A stretch of 64,000 nt of DNA from Thalassobaculaceae bacterium (GTDB lineage Bacteria > Pseudomonadota > Alphaproteobacteria > Thalassobaculales > Thalassobaculaceae): contig OZ245843.1 in the NCBI GenBank assembly GCA_965228875.1, positions 2,834,616 through 2,898,615 on the forward strand, in the 5' to 3' direction. The notes below the pieces were generated by a model. That model saw nothing but the letters and a program-made list of their open reading frames with translations, made no database searches and was not told where the DNA came from. Every line of letters starts with the position of its first letter. The first letter of the stretch is position 1. The position numbers and the translations under genes were made by a program. Positions 23,543 to 33,642 of the stretch are shown here, in pieces.

Positions 23543-24868
23543 TTACGAGCAGGTCCGCGGGGTGATGTTGTTCTCCGCAGCGAAGGAGGCGGAGTCCTCT
23601 TTCACGAGCCCGCGGATGATATCGCTCATCGGCTCGATCCACTCGGACACCATGACCCACTTCTGGTCCGCCGCGTTCCACTGCTGGATGGCGATCGGGC
23701 CGCCGCCCTCATGGTCCTCGCAGGTGACCTTGAACGGCCGCATGAAGCCGTCGAGGCCGAGGCGGGTGAAGTCCTCGTCGGTCATCTCCAGGGCCTCGAA
23801 GCCATCGCGGACATGCTTGCCGCGCACTTCCTTCGTGCCGTGGATCTCGACCGCGTTGCGGATCGCCTCGGCGGTGAAGATCGCCTCCAGCATGCCGCGG
23901 TTGTACAGGACCTCGCCGACGCGGTCGCGATCGCCGCCGCCGTTACCCTTGTCGTAGACGTGGGTCAGGATGTCGGCGATGGCGCCGAAATCGCGGCCCG
24001 GTGCGTGCATGGTGCCTGCCAGATAGCCGTTGGCGGAATCGCCGGCCGGCAGCACGTCGTTCTCGGAACCGGACCACCACACGCCGATGAACTTGTCCAT
24101 CGGGAAGCGGATGGCGGCGGCCTCCTTGATGGCGACCTGGTTCATGACGCCCCAGCCCCACATGAACACCCAGTCGGGCTTGCCGCGGCGGACCTGCAGC
24201 CAGGTGGCCTTCTGTTCCTGTCCCGGATGGTCGACCGGCAGCAGCATCAGCTCGAAGCCGTACTTCTCGCCCAGCACCTCGAGGGTCTTGATCGGCTCCT
24301 TGCCGTAGGCCGAGTTGTGGTAGACGAGGGCGATCTTCTTGCCCTTGAGGTTGTCCATCCCGCCTTCCTTGGCGCCGACATACTTCACGAAGGCGCTGGC
24401 CTGGGACCAGTACGTGGCCGGGAAGTTGAAGATGTAGGGGAACACCGTGCCGTCAGCGGCCGAGGTGCGGCCGTAGCCCATCGACAGGATCGGGATCTCG
24501 TCGGCCGTGGCCTTCGGGATGAGCGCGTAGGTCACGCCCGTCGAATGCGGGTTGAAGACCAGGGCACCGGACTCGCCCTCGTTCTTCAGGTTCTCGTAGC
24601 ACTCGACCGAGACCTTGGTGTTGTACCCGGTCTCGCACTCGATGACGTTGACCTTCACGCCGCCGATGCCGCCATCGCGCTCGTTCAGCATGTTCATGTA
24701 GTCGATGAAGCCGTTGGCGAGCGGGATGCCGTTCGGCGCGTAGGGACCGGTGCGATAGACCAGGTTCGGCACCGAGTACTCGTAGGCGGCGGCGACGGTC
24801 GCGAAACCGGCCCCTGCCACCATGACCGCCGCCGATGCGGCAGCGATGGCCATCGTCCTGAATTTCAT
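23543..24868 (-). CDS. ABC transporter periplasmic substrate-binding protein (LivK-like fold)
   Basis: Signal peptide, YRTGPYA, ECETGY, YGKEP; position within the ABC operon. Confidence 0.92.
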   Translation of the reverse strand: MKFRTMAIAAASAAVMVAGAGFATVAAAYEYSVPNLVYRTGPYAPNGIPLANGFIDYMNMLNERDGGIGGVKVNVIECETGYNTKVSVECYENLKNEGESGALVFNPHSTGVTYALIPKATADEIPILSMGYGRTSAADGTVFPYIFNFPATYWSQASAFVKYVGAKEGGMDNLKGKKIALVYHNSAYGKEPIKTLEVLGEKYGFELMLLPVDHPGQEQKATWLQVRRGKPDWVFMWGWGVMNQVAIKEAAAIRFPMDKFIGVWWSGSENDVLPAGDSANGYLAGTMHAPGRDFGAIADILTHVYDKGNGGGDRDRVGEVLYNRGMLEAIFTAEAIRNAVEIHGTKEVRGKHVRDGFEALEMTDEDFTRLGLDGFMRPFKVTCEDHEGGGPIAIQQWNAADQKWVMVSEWIEPMSDIIRGLVKEDSASFAAENNITPRTCS

Positions 24869-24982
24869 TCCAAGTCCTCCCTGTTGCGGCGATCGACCGT
24901 TGACCGGCCGATTCAGCCAAAAACCCTAATGGACCCGCGGGATGCGTTCAAACGACGCGACCCGGCCACGGCCCATTCCCGG

Positions 24983-26059
24983 TCAGTACGGGAACGGCCA
25001 CAACCGCATCTTCTCTTTCGCGATTCCCCACATGCGCGCCATCCCGTGCGGCTCGTTGATCAGGAAGATGATGATCAGCGATCCGACCAGGATGAACTCG
25101 ATATGCTTGGCGGTGACCGGCACCATGCCGAACACGTCCACCAGCAGCACCTTCAGGACGACCGGCATCAGCGTCATGAACGCCGCGCCGAGGAACGACC
25201 CGAGGATGCTGCCCAGCCCGCCGATGATGATGGCGAACAGCACGAAGAACGACGACTGGATGATGTCGAAGGTCTCCGAGGCCTCGACCGAGCCGAGCCA
25301 GATGGTGAACACCATCGCCCCGCCCATGCCGACATAGAAGGACGACACCGCGAAGGCGAGCAGCTTGGTCTGCAGCGGCTTCACGCCCATCAGTTCGGCG
25401 GCGATGTCGCGGTCGCGGATCGCCATCCAGCTGCGCCCGATCCGCCCGCGCACCAGGTTCATGGCGATCCAGGTGAAGAAGATGACGAAACCAAGTGCGA
25501 ACAGGTACTGGGCGGCCGGCGTCGCCTCGGCGCTGGTGACCAGAACGCCGAACACCTCGCGCGGTGGCGCGGTGATCTGGCTCATCTCGTAGTTGTAGAA
25601 CCACGGCACCTTGTTGAACATCCAGATCAGGAAGAACTGGGCGGCCAGCGTGGCGACGGCGAGGTAGAACCCCTTGATGCGCAGGCTCGGCAGGCCGAAC
25701 AGCACGCCGACCCCCGCCGCGCACAGTCCCGCCAGGATGATGACGGCGATCAGGTTCAACTCCGGGAAGCTGGTCATGATCTTGTAGGCCGAGTAGGCAC
25801 CCACGGCCATGAATCCGCCGGTCCCCAGCGAGATCTGCCCGCAATATCCGACGAGGATGTTCAGCCCGAGGGAGATCAGGGCGAACACCAGGAACGGCAG
25901 CAGGATCGACTTCGACCAGTAGTCGTTGATGCCCAGCGGGACCAGGAAGACGGCCACGGCCAGGATGACGCCGATCAGGAACCGGTCCTGGGTGATCGTG
26001 AACAGAGCCTGGTCCGACTCGTAGGTCGTCTTGAACTGTCCGGTTTCGCGGTAGAACAT
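24983..26059 (-). CDS. ABC transporter permease (LivM-like)
   Basis: GLNILVGYCGQISLG, GFYLAVATLA, IIGGLGS. Confidence 0.93.
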   Translation of the reverse strand: MFYRETGQFKTTYESDQALFTITQDRFLIGVILAVAVFLVPLGINDYWSKSILLPFLVFALISLGLNILVGYCGQISLGTGGFMAVGAYSAYKIMTSFPELNLIAVIILAGLCAAGVGVLFGLPSLRIKGFYLAVATLAAQFFLIWMFNKVPWFYNYEMSQITAPPREVFGVLVTSAEATPAAQYLFALGFVIFFTWIAMNLVRGRIGRSWMAIRDRDIAAELMGVKPLQTKLLAFAVSSFYVGMGGAMVFTIWLGSVEASETFDIIQSSFFVLFAIIIGGLGSILGSFLGAAFMTLMPVVLKVLLVDVFGMVPVTAKHIEFILVGSLIIIFLINEPHGMARMWGIAKEKMRLWPFPY

Positions 26060-26063
26060 GGGA

Positions 26064-27020
26064 TCAGACTCTCTCGATGATCTTGTCGCCGAACAGCCCC
26101 TGGGGCCGGAACATCAGGAACACCAGGGCAAGCATGTAGGCGAACCAGTTCTCAACCGCGCCGCCGTGGATGTGGTACCAGAACACCTCGGCCAGCTTCT
26201 CGCCGACGCCGATGATCAGCCCGCCGATGATCGCGCCGGGGATCGAGGTGAAGCCGCCGAGGATCAGCACCGGCAGCGCCTTGAGCGCGATCAGCGACAG
26301 GCTGAACTGCACGCCGGACTTGCTGCCCCACATGATGCCGGCGACCAGCGCCACCAGACCGGCCACCGACCACACGATCACCCAGATCTGCTGCAGCGAG
26401 ATGCCGACGGAGAGCGCCGCCTGGTGGTCGTCCGCCACCGCGCGCAGCGCCCGGCCGATCCTGGTCTTGCTGAAGAACACCGCCAGCACCGCGACCATGG
26501 TTCCGGCCGAGACCGCAGCGATCAGGTCGAGCTGCTCGACGAACACGCCGCCGATGTCGAACACGCCGTCGGGAAGGCCGAGGTTCAGCACCTTCACGTC
26601 GGACCCCCACATCAGGTCGCCGACGCCTTCCAGCACGTAGGACAGGCCGAGGGTGGCCATGAACAGGATGATGAGTTCCTGGTTCACCAGCGGTCGGAGC
26701 ACGAAGCGCTCGACGACGGTGGCGAGCACGATCATCACGGCGACGGTCAGGATCAGACAGACGATCACCAGCAGCCAGTGCGGCAGGCCGAGATCGAGCT
26801 TCTCCATCAGGCCGGTCAGGGTCAGGGCCGCGAACAGCGCCATCGTCCCCTGGGCGAAGTTGAACACGCCCGACGCCTTGAAGATCAGCACGAAGCCCAG
26901 GGCGACCAGCGAGTACAGCACGCCCGCCATCAGCCCCTTGGTCACCGTCTCGATGAAGAATAGCGGCTCGAAGAGCATGTCCGCGAAGGGCTGGATCAGC
27001 AGCTCGTAGAGGAATTCCAT
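26064..27020 (-). CDS. ABC transporter permease (LivH-like)
   Basis: YSLVALGFVLIFKASGVFNFAQG, GRALRAVADD, RPQGLFG. Confidence 0.93.
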   Translation of the reverse strand: MEFLYELLIQPFADMLFEPLFFIETVTKGLMAGVLYSLVALGFVLIFKASGVFNFAQGTMALFAALTLTGLMEKLDLGLPHWLLVIVCLILTVAVMIVLATVVERFVLRPLVNQELIILFMATLGLSYVLEGVGDLMWGSDVKVLNLGLPDGVFDIGGVFVEQLDLIAAVSAGTMVAVLAVFFSKTRIGRALRAVADDHQAALSVGISLQQIWVIVWSVAGLVALVAGIMWGSKSGVQFSLSLIALKALPVLILGGFTSIPGAIIGGLIIGVGEKLAEVFWYHIHGGAVENWFAYMLALVFLMFRPQGLFGDKIIERV

Positions 27021-27036
27021 CTAACTCGTCCCCCGG

Positions 27037-27876
27037 TCAGTCGTGGCTCGCGCCGAGATAGGCGTCGATCACGTCCTGGTTTCGGCGCACCTCGTCCGGC
27101 GTGCCGTCGGCGATCTTCGAGCCGTAGTCGAGCACGACAACCCGGTCGGAGATGTCCATGACCACGCCCATGTCGTGCTCGATCAGCACGATCGTGGTGC
27201 CGAACTCCTCGTTCACGTCGAGGATGAAGCGCGACATGTCCTGCTTCTCCTCGACGTTCATGCCGGCCATCGGCTCGTCGAGCAGCAGGATGCTCGGCTC
27301 CATCGCCAGGGCGCGGCCGAGCTCGACCCGCTTCTGCAGGCCGTAGGGCAGGCGGCCGACGGGCGTTCGCCGGATCGACTGGATCTCCAGGAAGTCGATG
27401 ATGGTCTCGACGAAGGCCCGGTTCTCCATCTCCTCCTTCTTCGCCGCCCCGAAATAGATGCACTGGGCCAGGAAGTTGGACTTCATCTTCAGCAGCCGGC
27501 CGGTCATCAGGTTGTCCAGCGTCGACATGCCGCGGAACAGGGCGATGTTCTGGAACGTCCGCGCGATCCCGCTCGAGGCCGCGACATACGGGTCCATCTT
27601 GCTCATGGACCTGCCGTTGAAGGTGATCGTCCCCTTCTGCGGCTTATAGAAGCCGTTGATGCAGTTCAGCATCGACGACTTGCCGGCGCCGTTCGGGCCG
27701 ATGATCGCCAGAATCTCGCCCTTGCGGACCTCGAAGCTGACGTCGTTGATCGCCTTCACGCCACCGAAACCGAGCTCGATGTTCTCGAGCTTCAGGACGA
27801 CCTCGCCGATCTCCCGGCCCGGCTCCACCGCATCCGCGGAGAGCTCGCCCGAGTGGATACCTTCCGCTGCTGCCAC
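27037..27876 (-). CDS. ABC transporter ATP-binding protein (LivG-like)
   Basis: GPNGAGKSS, ARTFQNI, LDEPMAG, LIEHDM. Confidence 0.94.
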   Translation of the reverse strand: MAAAEGIHSGELSADAVEPGREIGEVVLKLENIELGFGGVKAINDVSFEVRKGEILAIIGPNGAGKSSMLNCINGFYKPQKGTITFNGRSMSKMDPYVAASSGIARTFQNIALFRGMSTLDNLMTGRLLKMKSNFLAQCIYFGAAKKEEMENRAFVETIIDFLEIQSIRRTPVGRLPYGLQKRVELGRALAMEPSILLLDEPMAGMNVEEKQDMSRFILDVNEEFGTTIVLIEHDMGVVMDISDRVVVLDYGSKIADGTPDEVRRNQDVIDAYLGASHD

Positions 27877-27878
27877 GG

Positions 27879-29807
27879 TCAGCCCGCCTTTCTCAAATCG
27901 CCGGCCGACGCGTCGGCATCGACCTCCATGATCCGCATGTCCGCCTGAACCCGCGTGCGCCGGCCGTCCTCGAACATGACCTCCGTGTCGAGGCGGGCGG
28001 TCCGGGCGTCGCTGTAGAGGGAGTCGATGAGCTGACCGTACCGGTCGGACACCACGCCGCGCCGTACCTTGCGGGTGCGGGTCAGCTCGCCGTCATCGGC
28101 GTCCAGCTCCTTGTACAGCAGGAGGAAGCGGCGGATCCGCTGGTGCTCCGGCAGGCCGGCATTGACCTGCGCCACCTCGCCGCGGATCAGTTCGTACACC
28201 CGGTCATCGGCGGACAGGCCGGTATAGGAGGTGAACCCGACCCGGTTCTTCTCCGCCCATTTCGAGACGATCGAGAAGCGCACGCAGATGATCGCGGTCA
28301 GGAAGGGCCGGCCGGCGCCGAGGATTACCGCCTCGCCGATATAGGGCGAGAACTTCAGCTTGTTCTCGATGTATTGCGGCGAGAACTTCATGCCGCCCGA
28401 GGTCTCGGCCATGTCCTTGACGCGGTCGATGACGGTGAGCCGGCCCTTGCTGTCGAAATAGCCGGCATCGCCGGTATGCATCCAGCCGTCGCGGAAATCC
28501 GCCTTGGTAGCCTCCTCATTGCGGTAGTAGCCGGCGAACATGTTCTCGTGACGGGTGATGATCTCGCCCACGCCCTCGGGATCCGGCGCCTCGATCCGGA
28601 CGTCGCTGCCCTCGAACGGGACGCCGACCGTATCGACGTCGAGTTCCTTGCCGTCCTGCAGGGTATAGGCGCCCAGGGTCTCGGTCTGGCCGTAGAGCTG
28701 CTTCAGTGGAATGCCCATGGCCAGGAACAGTTTGAACGTGTCCGGTCCCATAGCCGCGCCGCCGGTCGCCGCCGACGTCACCCGCGAGAAGCCGAGCCGA
28801 TCGCGCAGCGCCCCCATCACCATGAGGTCGGCCAGGGTGGACCGCCGGCCGTTCTCGACCGCGTCGATGGCGATCTTGAGCCCCTTGTCGAATAGCCACT
28901 GGTTCAGGGACGAGGCGTCCATCATCCGCGCCCGCATGTCGGCGGCGATCTGCTCCAGCACCCGCGGCGCCAGCAGCAGGAAGGTGGGACCGATCTCCCG
29001 CAGGTCGGCGAAGCTGGTCTCCTCGCTCTCCGGGAAGTTCACCTTCATGCGCGAGACCAGCCCGAAGCCGAAGATGTAGATCTGTTCCATGATCCACGGC
29101 AGCGGCAGCACCGAGACATACTCGTCGTGGGGGCCTTTGGGGTCGGCCTTCAGATAGCTGTGGACGTGGCGCACGAAATTGCCGTGCGGCAGCATGGCCA
29201 GTTTCGGGTTGGAGGTCGTGCCCGAGGTCGTGCACAGGATGGCGATGTCGGTTGCCGAGGTCGCGGCCACCAGGGCGTCGAACGCCTCGGGCTCGCGCGA
29301 CGCCGCCGCCGTGCCAGCGTCGATCAGATCGGCGAGATAGACCAGCCGCGGGTCGTCGCGTTTGCGCATGCCGCGGTTGTCGGAAAAGAGGATATGGCGA
29401 AGCGAGGGCAGCCGGTCGCTGAGCGACAGGAACTTGTCCACCTGCTCCTGGTTCTCGGCGTAGACGACCTTCACCTCGGCGTATTCGGCGAGGTATCCGA
29501 CCTCGTCCTCCAACGCGTCTCGGTAGATGCCCATGGTCATGGCGCCGACCGTGTGGGCGGCGACCTCGCAGGCGGTCCAGTTGCTGTCGTTGTCGCCGAT
29601 CAGCGCCACCACGTCGCCCTTGCCGACACCGAGACCGCGCAGACCGAGCGCGATGTGCTTCACCTTGGCTCCGTACTCGGCCCAGGTGGACTGATGCCAG
29701 ATGCCCAGATCCTTCTCGCGGATCGCGACGTCGGGTCCGTGATGGTCGGCATTGTATTTCAGAAGCTTCGGCAGGGTGTCGTAGACTGCCGGATCCGGGT
29801 ACGCCAT
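27879..29807 (-). CDS. Long-chain fatty-acid-CoA ligase (AMP-binding)
   Basis: TTSGTTSNPK, YGQTE, WMHTGDAG, ELTRTRKVRR; ATG at 29807. Confidence 0.92.
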   Translation of the reverse strand: MAYPDPAVYDTLPKLLKYNADHHGPDVAIREKDLGIWHQSTWAEYGAKVKHIALGLRGLGVGKGDVVALIGDNDSNWTACEVAAHTVGAMTMGIYRDALEDEVGYLAEYAEVKVVYAENQEQVDKFLSLSDRLPSLRHILFSDNRGMRKRDDPRLVYLADLIDAGTAAASREPEAFDALVAATSATDIAILCTTSGTTSNPKLAMLPHGNFVRHVHSYLKADPKGPHDEYVSVLPLPWIMEQIYIFGFGLVSRMKVNFPESEETSFADLREIGPTFLLLAPRVLEQIAADMRARMMDASSLNQWLFDKGLKIAIDAVENGRRSTLADLMVMGALRDRLGFSRVTSAATGGAAMGPDTFKLFLAMGIPLKQLYGQTETLGAYTLQDGKELDVDTVGVPFEGSDVRIEAPDPEGVGEIITRHENMFAGYYRNEEATKADFRDGWMHTGDAGYFDSKGRLTVIDRVKDMAETSGGMKFSPQYIENKLKFSPYIGEAVILGAGRPFLTAIICVRFSIVSKWAEKNRVGFTSYTGLSADDRVYELIRGEVAQVNAGLPEHQRIRRFLLLYKELDADDGELTRTRKVRRGVVSDRYGQLIDSLYSDARTARLDTEVMFEDGRRTRVQADMRIMEVDADASAGDLRKAG

Positions 29808-30103
29808 GAGCCCTTCGTCCTCCAAGTCGCGAACGCAGGGAGAACCGGCCCCTTGACGACACCTGCACGACCGGCCTTTCGGCCGTCTTGCACGGTCGCT
29901 TCCCGAATCCATCCCTGACCTTGCCCCACCCTTTCTCCTCCACTTGACGCGGATGGCCGGACGGTGGCTTTCGTTTGCCCCTGCCGAAACATGGGCGTCC
30001 GATTTGGATACGCGAATTCCTGTTGCCCCGCAAGCGACAAGCCCGTTCCGAATTCGCACTAGACACCCTTGCGACAGACCGTCCGAACGGCTATGCGCGT
30101 GGG

Positions 30104-30865
30104 ATGACAGACACTCCCCCGGATACCCTGTCGCGGTTCGACGGATCCGCCCCCGCGATCGTCTTCCTCCACGAGGGACTTGGCGCCATTTCCATGTGGC
30201 GACGCTTCCCGCAGACGCTCTGCGGCGCCCTCGGCCGGGCCGGCCTGGTGACCGACCGCCGGGGTCACGGCACCGCGCCACCGTTCGACGATCCGGTCCG
30301 CGGCGGCCATCCGCTCGACTATCACGATCGCGAAGCCGAGGCCCTGATCGCCCTCCTGGAGCGCGAGGGCGTCGAGCGGGCGGTTCTGTTCGGCCACTCC
30401 GACGGCGGAACCATCGCCCTGCTCGCGGCCGCCCTCGCACCGGAACGCATCGCCGCCTGTATCACCGAGGCCGCCCATGTCTTCGTCGAGGCGATCACGG
30501 TTGCCGGGATCCGCGATGCCGTTGCCGCCTACGAGGCGCCGGACAGCCGTCTGAGGGCCGCCCTCCTGCGCCATCACGGTCCGACCAGGGCCGACAAGGT
30601 GTTCTACCGCTGGGCCGACGCCTGGCTGACGCCGGCCTTCGCCGACTGGAACATCGAGCACCGGCTGTCGGCGGTGCGCTCCCCGGTCCTGGCGATCCAG
30701 GGCGCGGACGACGAGTACGGCACGCCCGACCAGGTGGACGCGATCGTGCGCCGGGTCTCGGGCCGCGCCGAGCCGCTCATGATCGCCGGCAGCGGCCACG
30801 CGCCCCATGCCGACAGCGAAGCGACCGTCGTCGAGGCCGTCAGACGCTTTCTCGACGACGTGTGA
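30104..30865 (+). CDS. Alpha/beta-fold hydrolase
   Basis: FLHEGLG, GHSDGG nucleophile elbow, QGADDEYG, GHAPH. Confidence 0.9.
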   Translation: MTDTPPDTLSRFDGSAPAIVFLHEGLGAISMWRRFPQTLCGALGRAGLVTDRRGHGTAPPFDDPVRGGHPLDYHDREAEALIALLEREGVERAVLFGHSDGGTIALLAAALAPERIAACITEAAHVFVEAITVAGIRDAVAAYEAPDSRLRAALLRHHGPTRADKVFYRWADAWLTPAFADWNIEHRLSAVRSPVLAIQGADDEYGTPDQVDAIVRRVSGRAEPLMIAGSGHAPHADSEATVVEAVRRFLDDV

Positions 30866-30914
30866 CAGGCGGCAGACATGACCCCGGCGGTCGATGAAGT
30901 TTTTTCGACCGGCC

Positions 30915-30943
30915 GGGGATAAAGACCCGGGACGGGTGCGTAT
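30915..30943 (+). promoter_or_regulatory. Possible autoregulatory ECF-sigma promoter
   Basis: GGGATAAA...TGCGTAT upstream of the ECF gene. Resembles the ECF -35/-10 (CGT) layout. Confidence 0.35.
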
Positions 30944-30973
30944 ATGAGGCATCACGTTCTGGAGACGGCCGGC

Positions 30974-31498
30974 ATGGTCAGCAGTTCCGAGATCCTCACT
31001 CACGTCCAGCAGCTCAGGCGCTACGCGCGCCTGTTGTGCGGCAATGCCGTCGACGCCGACGACCTGGTCCAGGCGAGCCTGGAGAAGGCGGTCCGGAACG
31101 CCGGCCGGTTCCGCGACGGCCAGGACCTGCGGGTCTGGCTGTTCGCCATTCTGCACAACACCTTCCGCTCGTCCCTGCGCGAGACCCGGTCGCGGCGCGA
31201 CCGCGAGGCGTCGTGGACCGACGTCGCCCCCGACGTCGCGCTCGGCTCGCAGGAGGTCAGCGTCGAGCTGGCCCGCGTTCTCGCCGCCATCGGGCAACTC
31301 CCGCCACAGCAGCGCGAGGTCCTGCTTCTGGTTTCGGTCGAAGGGTTCAGCACCGACGAGATCGCGCTGACCATGGACCTGCCCGTCGGCACGGTGCGAT
31401 CTCGGCTGGCCCGGGGGCGCGAGATGCTTCGGCAGATGATGGAGCGCGGGGTTTCGGCCCGACCGCTCTCGGTCGTGGGAGGTCGCAATGCCGGATAG
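30974..31498 (+). CDS. ECF RNA polymerase sigma factor
   Basis: LRRYARLL, DADDLVQ, WLFAILHN, LPVGTVRSRLARGR. ATG at 30974 follows GGAG; an alternative start is at 30944. Confidence 0.93.
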   Translation: MVSSSEILTHVQQLRRYARLLCGNAVDADDLVQASLEKAVRNAGRFRDGQDLRVWLFAILHNTFRSSLRETRSRRDREASWTDVAPDVALGSQEVSVELARVLAAIGQLPPQQREVLLLVSVEGFSTDEIALTMDLPVGTVRSRLARGREMLRQMMERGVSARPLSVVGGRNAG

Positions 31499-32303
31499 GA
31501 TCGAGGACTGGGAGATCGGCGCCTTCGTCGACGGCGAGCTCGGGGCCGACCGGCGCCGGGAAATCGCGGATGCCGCCGAACGCCGGCCGGAGATTGCGCA
31601 CAAGATCGACTCCTATGCCGCGCACAAATCCCTGTTGGCCGCCGCGACGGACCTGCCGCCGGTCGACGAACCGCTGCCGCCGGCGCTGGAGACGGCCGCC
31701 CGCCGCCTCAGCCGGGCGACCATGGTGACCGCATGGCTGCGGCAGGGCCGGGCCTTGCTGTTCGGACCGGGACGGTTCGCGGCCCTTCTTCTGGTCGGGG
31801 CGGTCATCGGCTGGTCGGCCCGTGACGTCACCGCTCCGACGCCCGCAGCACCGGAAGCCTCCTTGACCTTCGTCGACGAGGCGACCGAGGCCCACCGCAC
31901 GCTGAGCCTCGCCCCGACATTCGCGACCGACGTGGCCGTCGCCGATTTCGGCAAGCTGTCGGAGATGTTCTCCGAGGTGATCGATCCGGCCGCCCTCACC
32001 GTCGGGGGACTGGTCCTGACCAAGGTCGACATCGCCTCCACCGACAACGGTCCGGCCGTTCAGTTCCTGTTCTTCGACGCCGAGGCACGCCCGGTCTCGC
32101 TGCTGCTTTCCATGAACAGCTCGAGCCTCGCCGCGGTCGGCCTCGGCGACCGCGACACCGTGGTCACCAGCTACAACGATTTCGCGGTGGCCTACGGGCG
32201 CCACGACGGCATCGCCTATGCCGTGACCGCCGCATTGCCCGAACGGCGGGTCGGAGAGATCGCCCGTCAGCTCGTCGCCTCAGCCGGATTTTCGCACCGA
32301 TGA
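31488..32303 (+). CDS. Transmembrane anti-sigma factor
   Basis: N-terminal AFVDGEL, single TM helix, EA.EAH periplasmic domain; overlaps the sigma gene. Confidence 0.88.
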   Translation: MPDRIEDWEIGAFVDGELGADRRREIADAAERRPEIAHKIDSYAAHKSLLAAATDLPPVDEPLPPALETAARRLSRATMVTAWLRQGRALLFGPGRFAALLLVGAVIGWSARDVTAPTPAAPEASLTFVDEATEAHRTLSLAPTFATDVAVADFGKLSEMFSEVIDPAALTVGGLVLTKVDIASTDNGPAVQFLFFDAEARPVSLLLSMNSSSLAAVGLGDRDTVVTSYNDFAVAYGRHDGIAYAVTAALPERRVGEIARQLVASAGFSHR

Positions 32304-33442
32304 CCGTCCTGCCCTTCACCCGGTTCGTTCCGGGCGACTTCCTTCCGTCGTTCCGCGCGCAGTCGCCGGTCAATCCCCGGTTCGAATTCGACGCCGTGGC
32401 CGGCCGCAACGTCATCCTGTGCTTCATCGGCAGCGGCAGCCTGCGCCAGTCGGCCCGGGCGGTCGCCACCCTGAGGTCGGTGGAGGCCGGCCTGCACCGC
32501 CGCGGGATCCTCATCTACCTGGTCACCGCGGACTCCAACGACCGCACGAACGCCTCCCTTGAGTCGGAGGACCGGCGGACCATGCCGTTCTGGGACCAGG
32601 GAAGCGCCATTCACCGGCTCTACGGCATGATGTTCCGGGAGACGGCCGAGGGTCGAACCCGGACCGTGCTGCGCCAGGGCTGCTTCGTCGTCGGCAAGAA
32701 TCTGCGCCTGACCGAATTCCTGGAGCTCGCGCCGGCCGAAACCTTCGCGGCCCGGCTGCTGGCGGCGGTCGACCGACTGCCCGCCCCCGCACCGCTCGCC
32801 CCTGTCGGCGGTCACGCGCCGGTCCTGCAGATCCCCGAGGTGTTCGACCGGGACCTGTGCCGCGACCTGATCGCGGCCTACGACGCCGACGGCGGCGCGC
32901 CGAGCGGGGTGATGCGCGACGTGAACGGCATCACCACGGGCTTCTTCGACACCGCCGTCAAACGCCGGCAGGACGCGATGATCACCGATCGCGAGCTGCT
33001 GGCGAGGGTCCGCCGCAGCCTGGGCAACCGGGTCGTCGGCGAGATCCGCAAAGTCCACGCCTTCGACGCCTGCCGCATCGAGCGCTTCATCGTCGGCTGC
33101 TACGACGCCGGCGACCGCGGCTTCTTCAAGGCGCATCGCGACAACGGCGGGCCCGGCACCGCCCATCGTCGCTTCGCCGTGACGATCAACCTGAACGCCG
33201 AGGATTTCGACGGCGGCGAGCTCTGGTTCCCGGAATACGGACCGCACCTGTACAAGCCCGCCACCGGGGCCGCGCTGGTGTTCTCCTGCTCGATGCTGCA
33301 CGAGGCACGGCCGGTCACCGCGGGTCGCCGCTACGCCTTCCTCCCGTTCCTGTTCGATGTAGCCGCCGCCCGGATCCGGGAAGCGAACCGCGGCCTGCTC
33401 AACACCGACATGCACGCGCCCCGGGAAACGCCGGCCGCGTAG
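32300..33442 (+). CDS. Redoxin-like N-terminal domain fused to a 2OG-Fe(II) oxygenase
   Basis: FKAHRDN (HxD), FDGGEL.FPEY, LHEARPVTAGRRY; N-terminus has an AhpC/TSA-like pattern. Confidence 0.85.
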   Translation: MTVLPFTRFVPGDFLPSFRAQSPVNPRFEFDAVAGRNVILCFIGSGSLRQSARAVATLRSVEAGLHRRGILIYLVTADSNDRTNASLESEDRRTMPFWDQGSAIHRLYGMMFRETAEGRTRTVLRQGCFVVGKNLRLTEFLELAPAETFAARLLAAVDRLPAPAPLAPVGGHAPVLQIPEVFDRDLCRDLIAAYDADGGAPSGVMRDVNGITTGFFDTAVKRRQDAMITDRELLARVRRSLGNRVVGEIRKVHAFDACRIERFIVGCYDAGDRGFFKAHRDNGGPGTAHRRFAVTINLNAEDFDGGELWFPEYGPHLYKPATGAALVFSCSMLHEARPVTAGRRYAFLPFLFDVAAARIREANRGLLNTDMHAPRETPAA

Positions 33443-33452
33443 GACATGCCCC

Positions 33453-33623
33453 ATGGTCCCGCTCCAACTGTGCCTGGATGCCGACCAACTCGACCGTCAG
33501 ATCCAGGACATCCGGTCGATCCTGCGCCTGCCGCGGCTGTCCCGCCGGGCACGCGCCGACCTCGGCCATCTGATCGTGCTGCTGACCACCCTGCGGCGGG
33601 CGCTGCTGACGGAGGGTGGCTGA
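33453..33623 (+). CDS. Small hypothetical protein (56 aa), not in the ORF track
   Basis: MVPLQLCLDADQLDRQIQDIRSILRLPRLSRRARADLGHLIVLLTTLRRALLTEGG*. AGGA lies upstream, third codon positions are GC-rich, and it fills the gap after the oxygenase. Confidence 0.55.
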   Translation: MVPLQLCLDADQLDRQIQDIRSILRLPRLSRRARADLGHLIVLLTTLRRALLTEGG

Positions 33624-33642
33624 TCCGCCCGAACGCGCCGGG

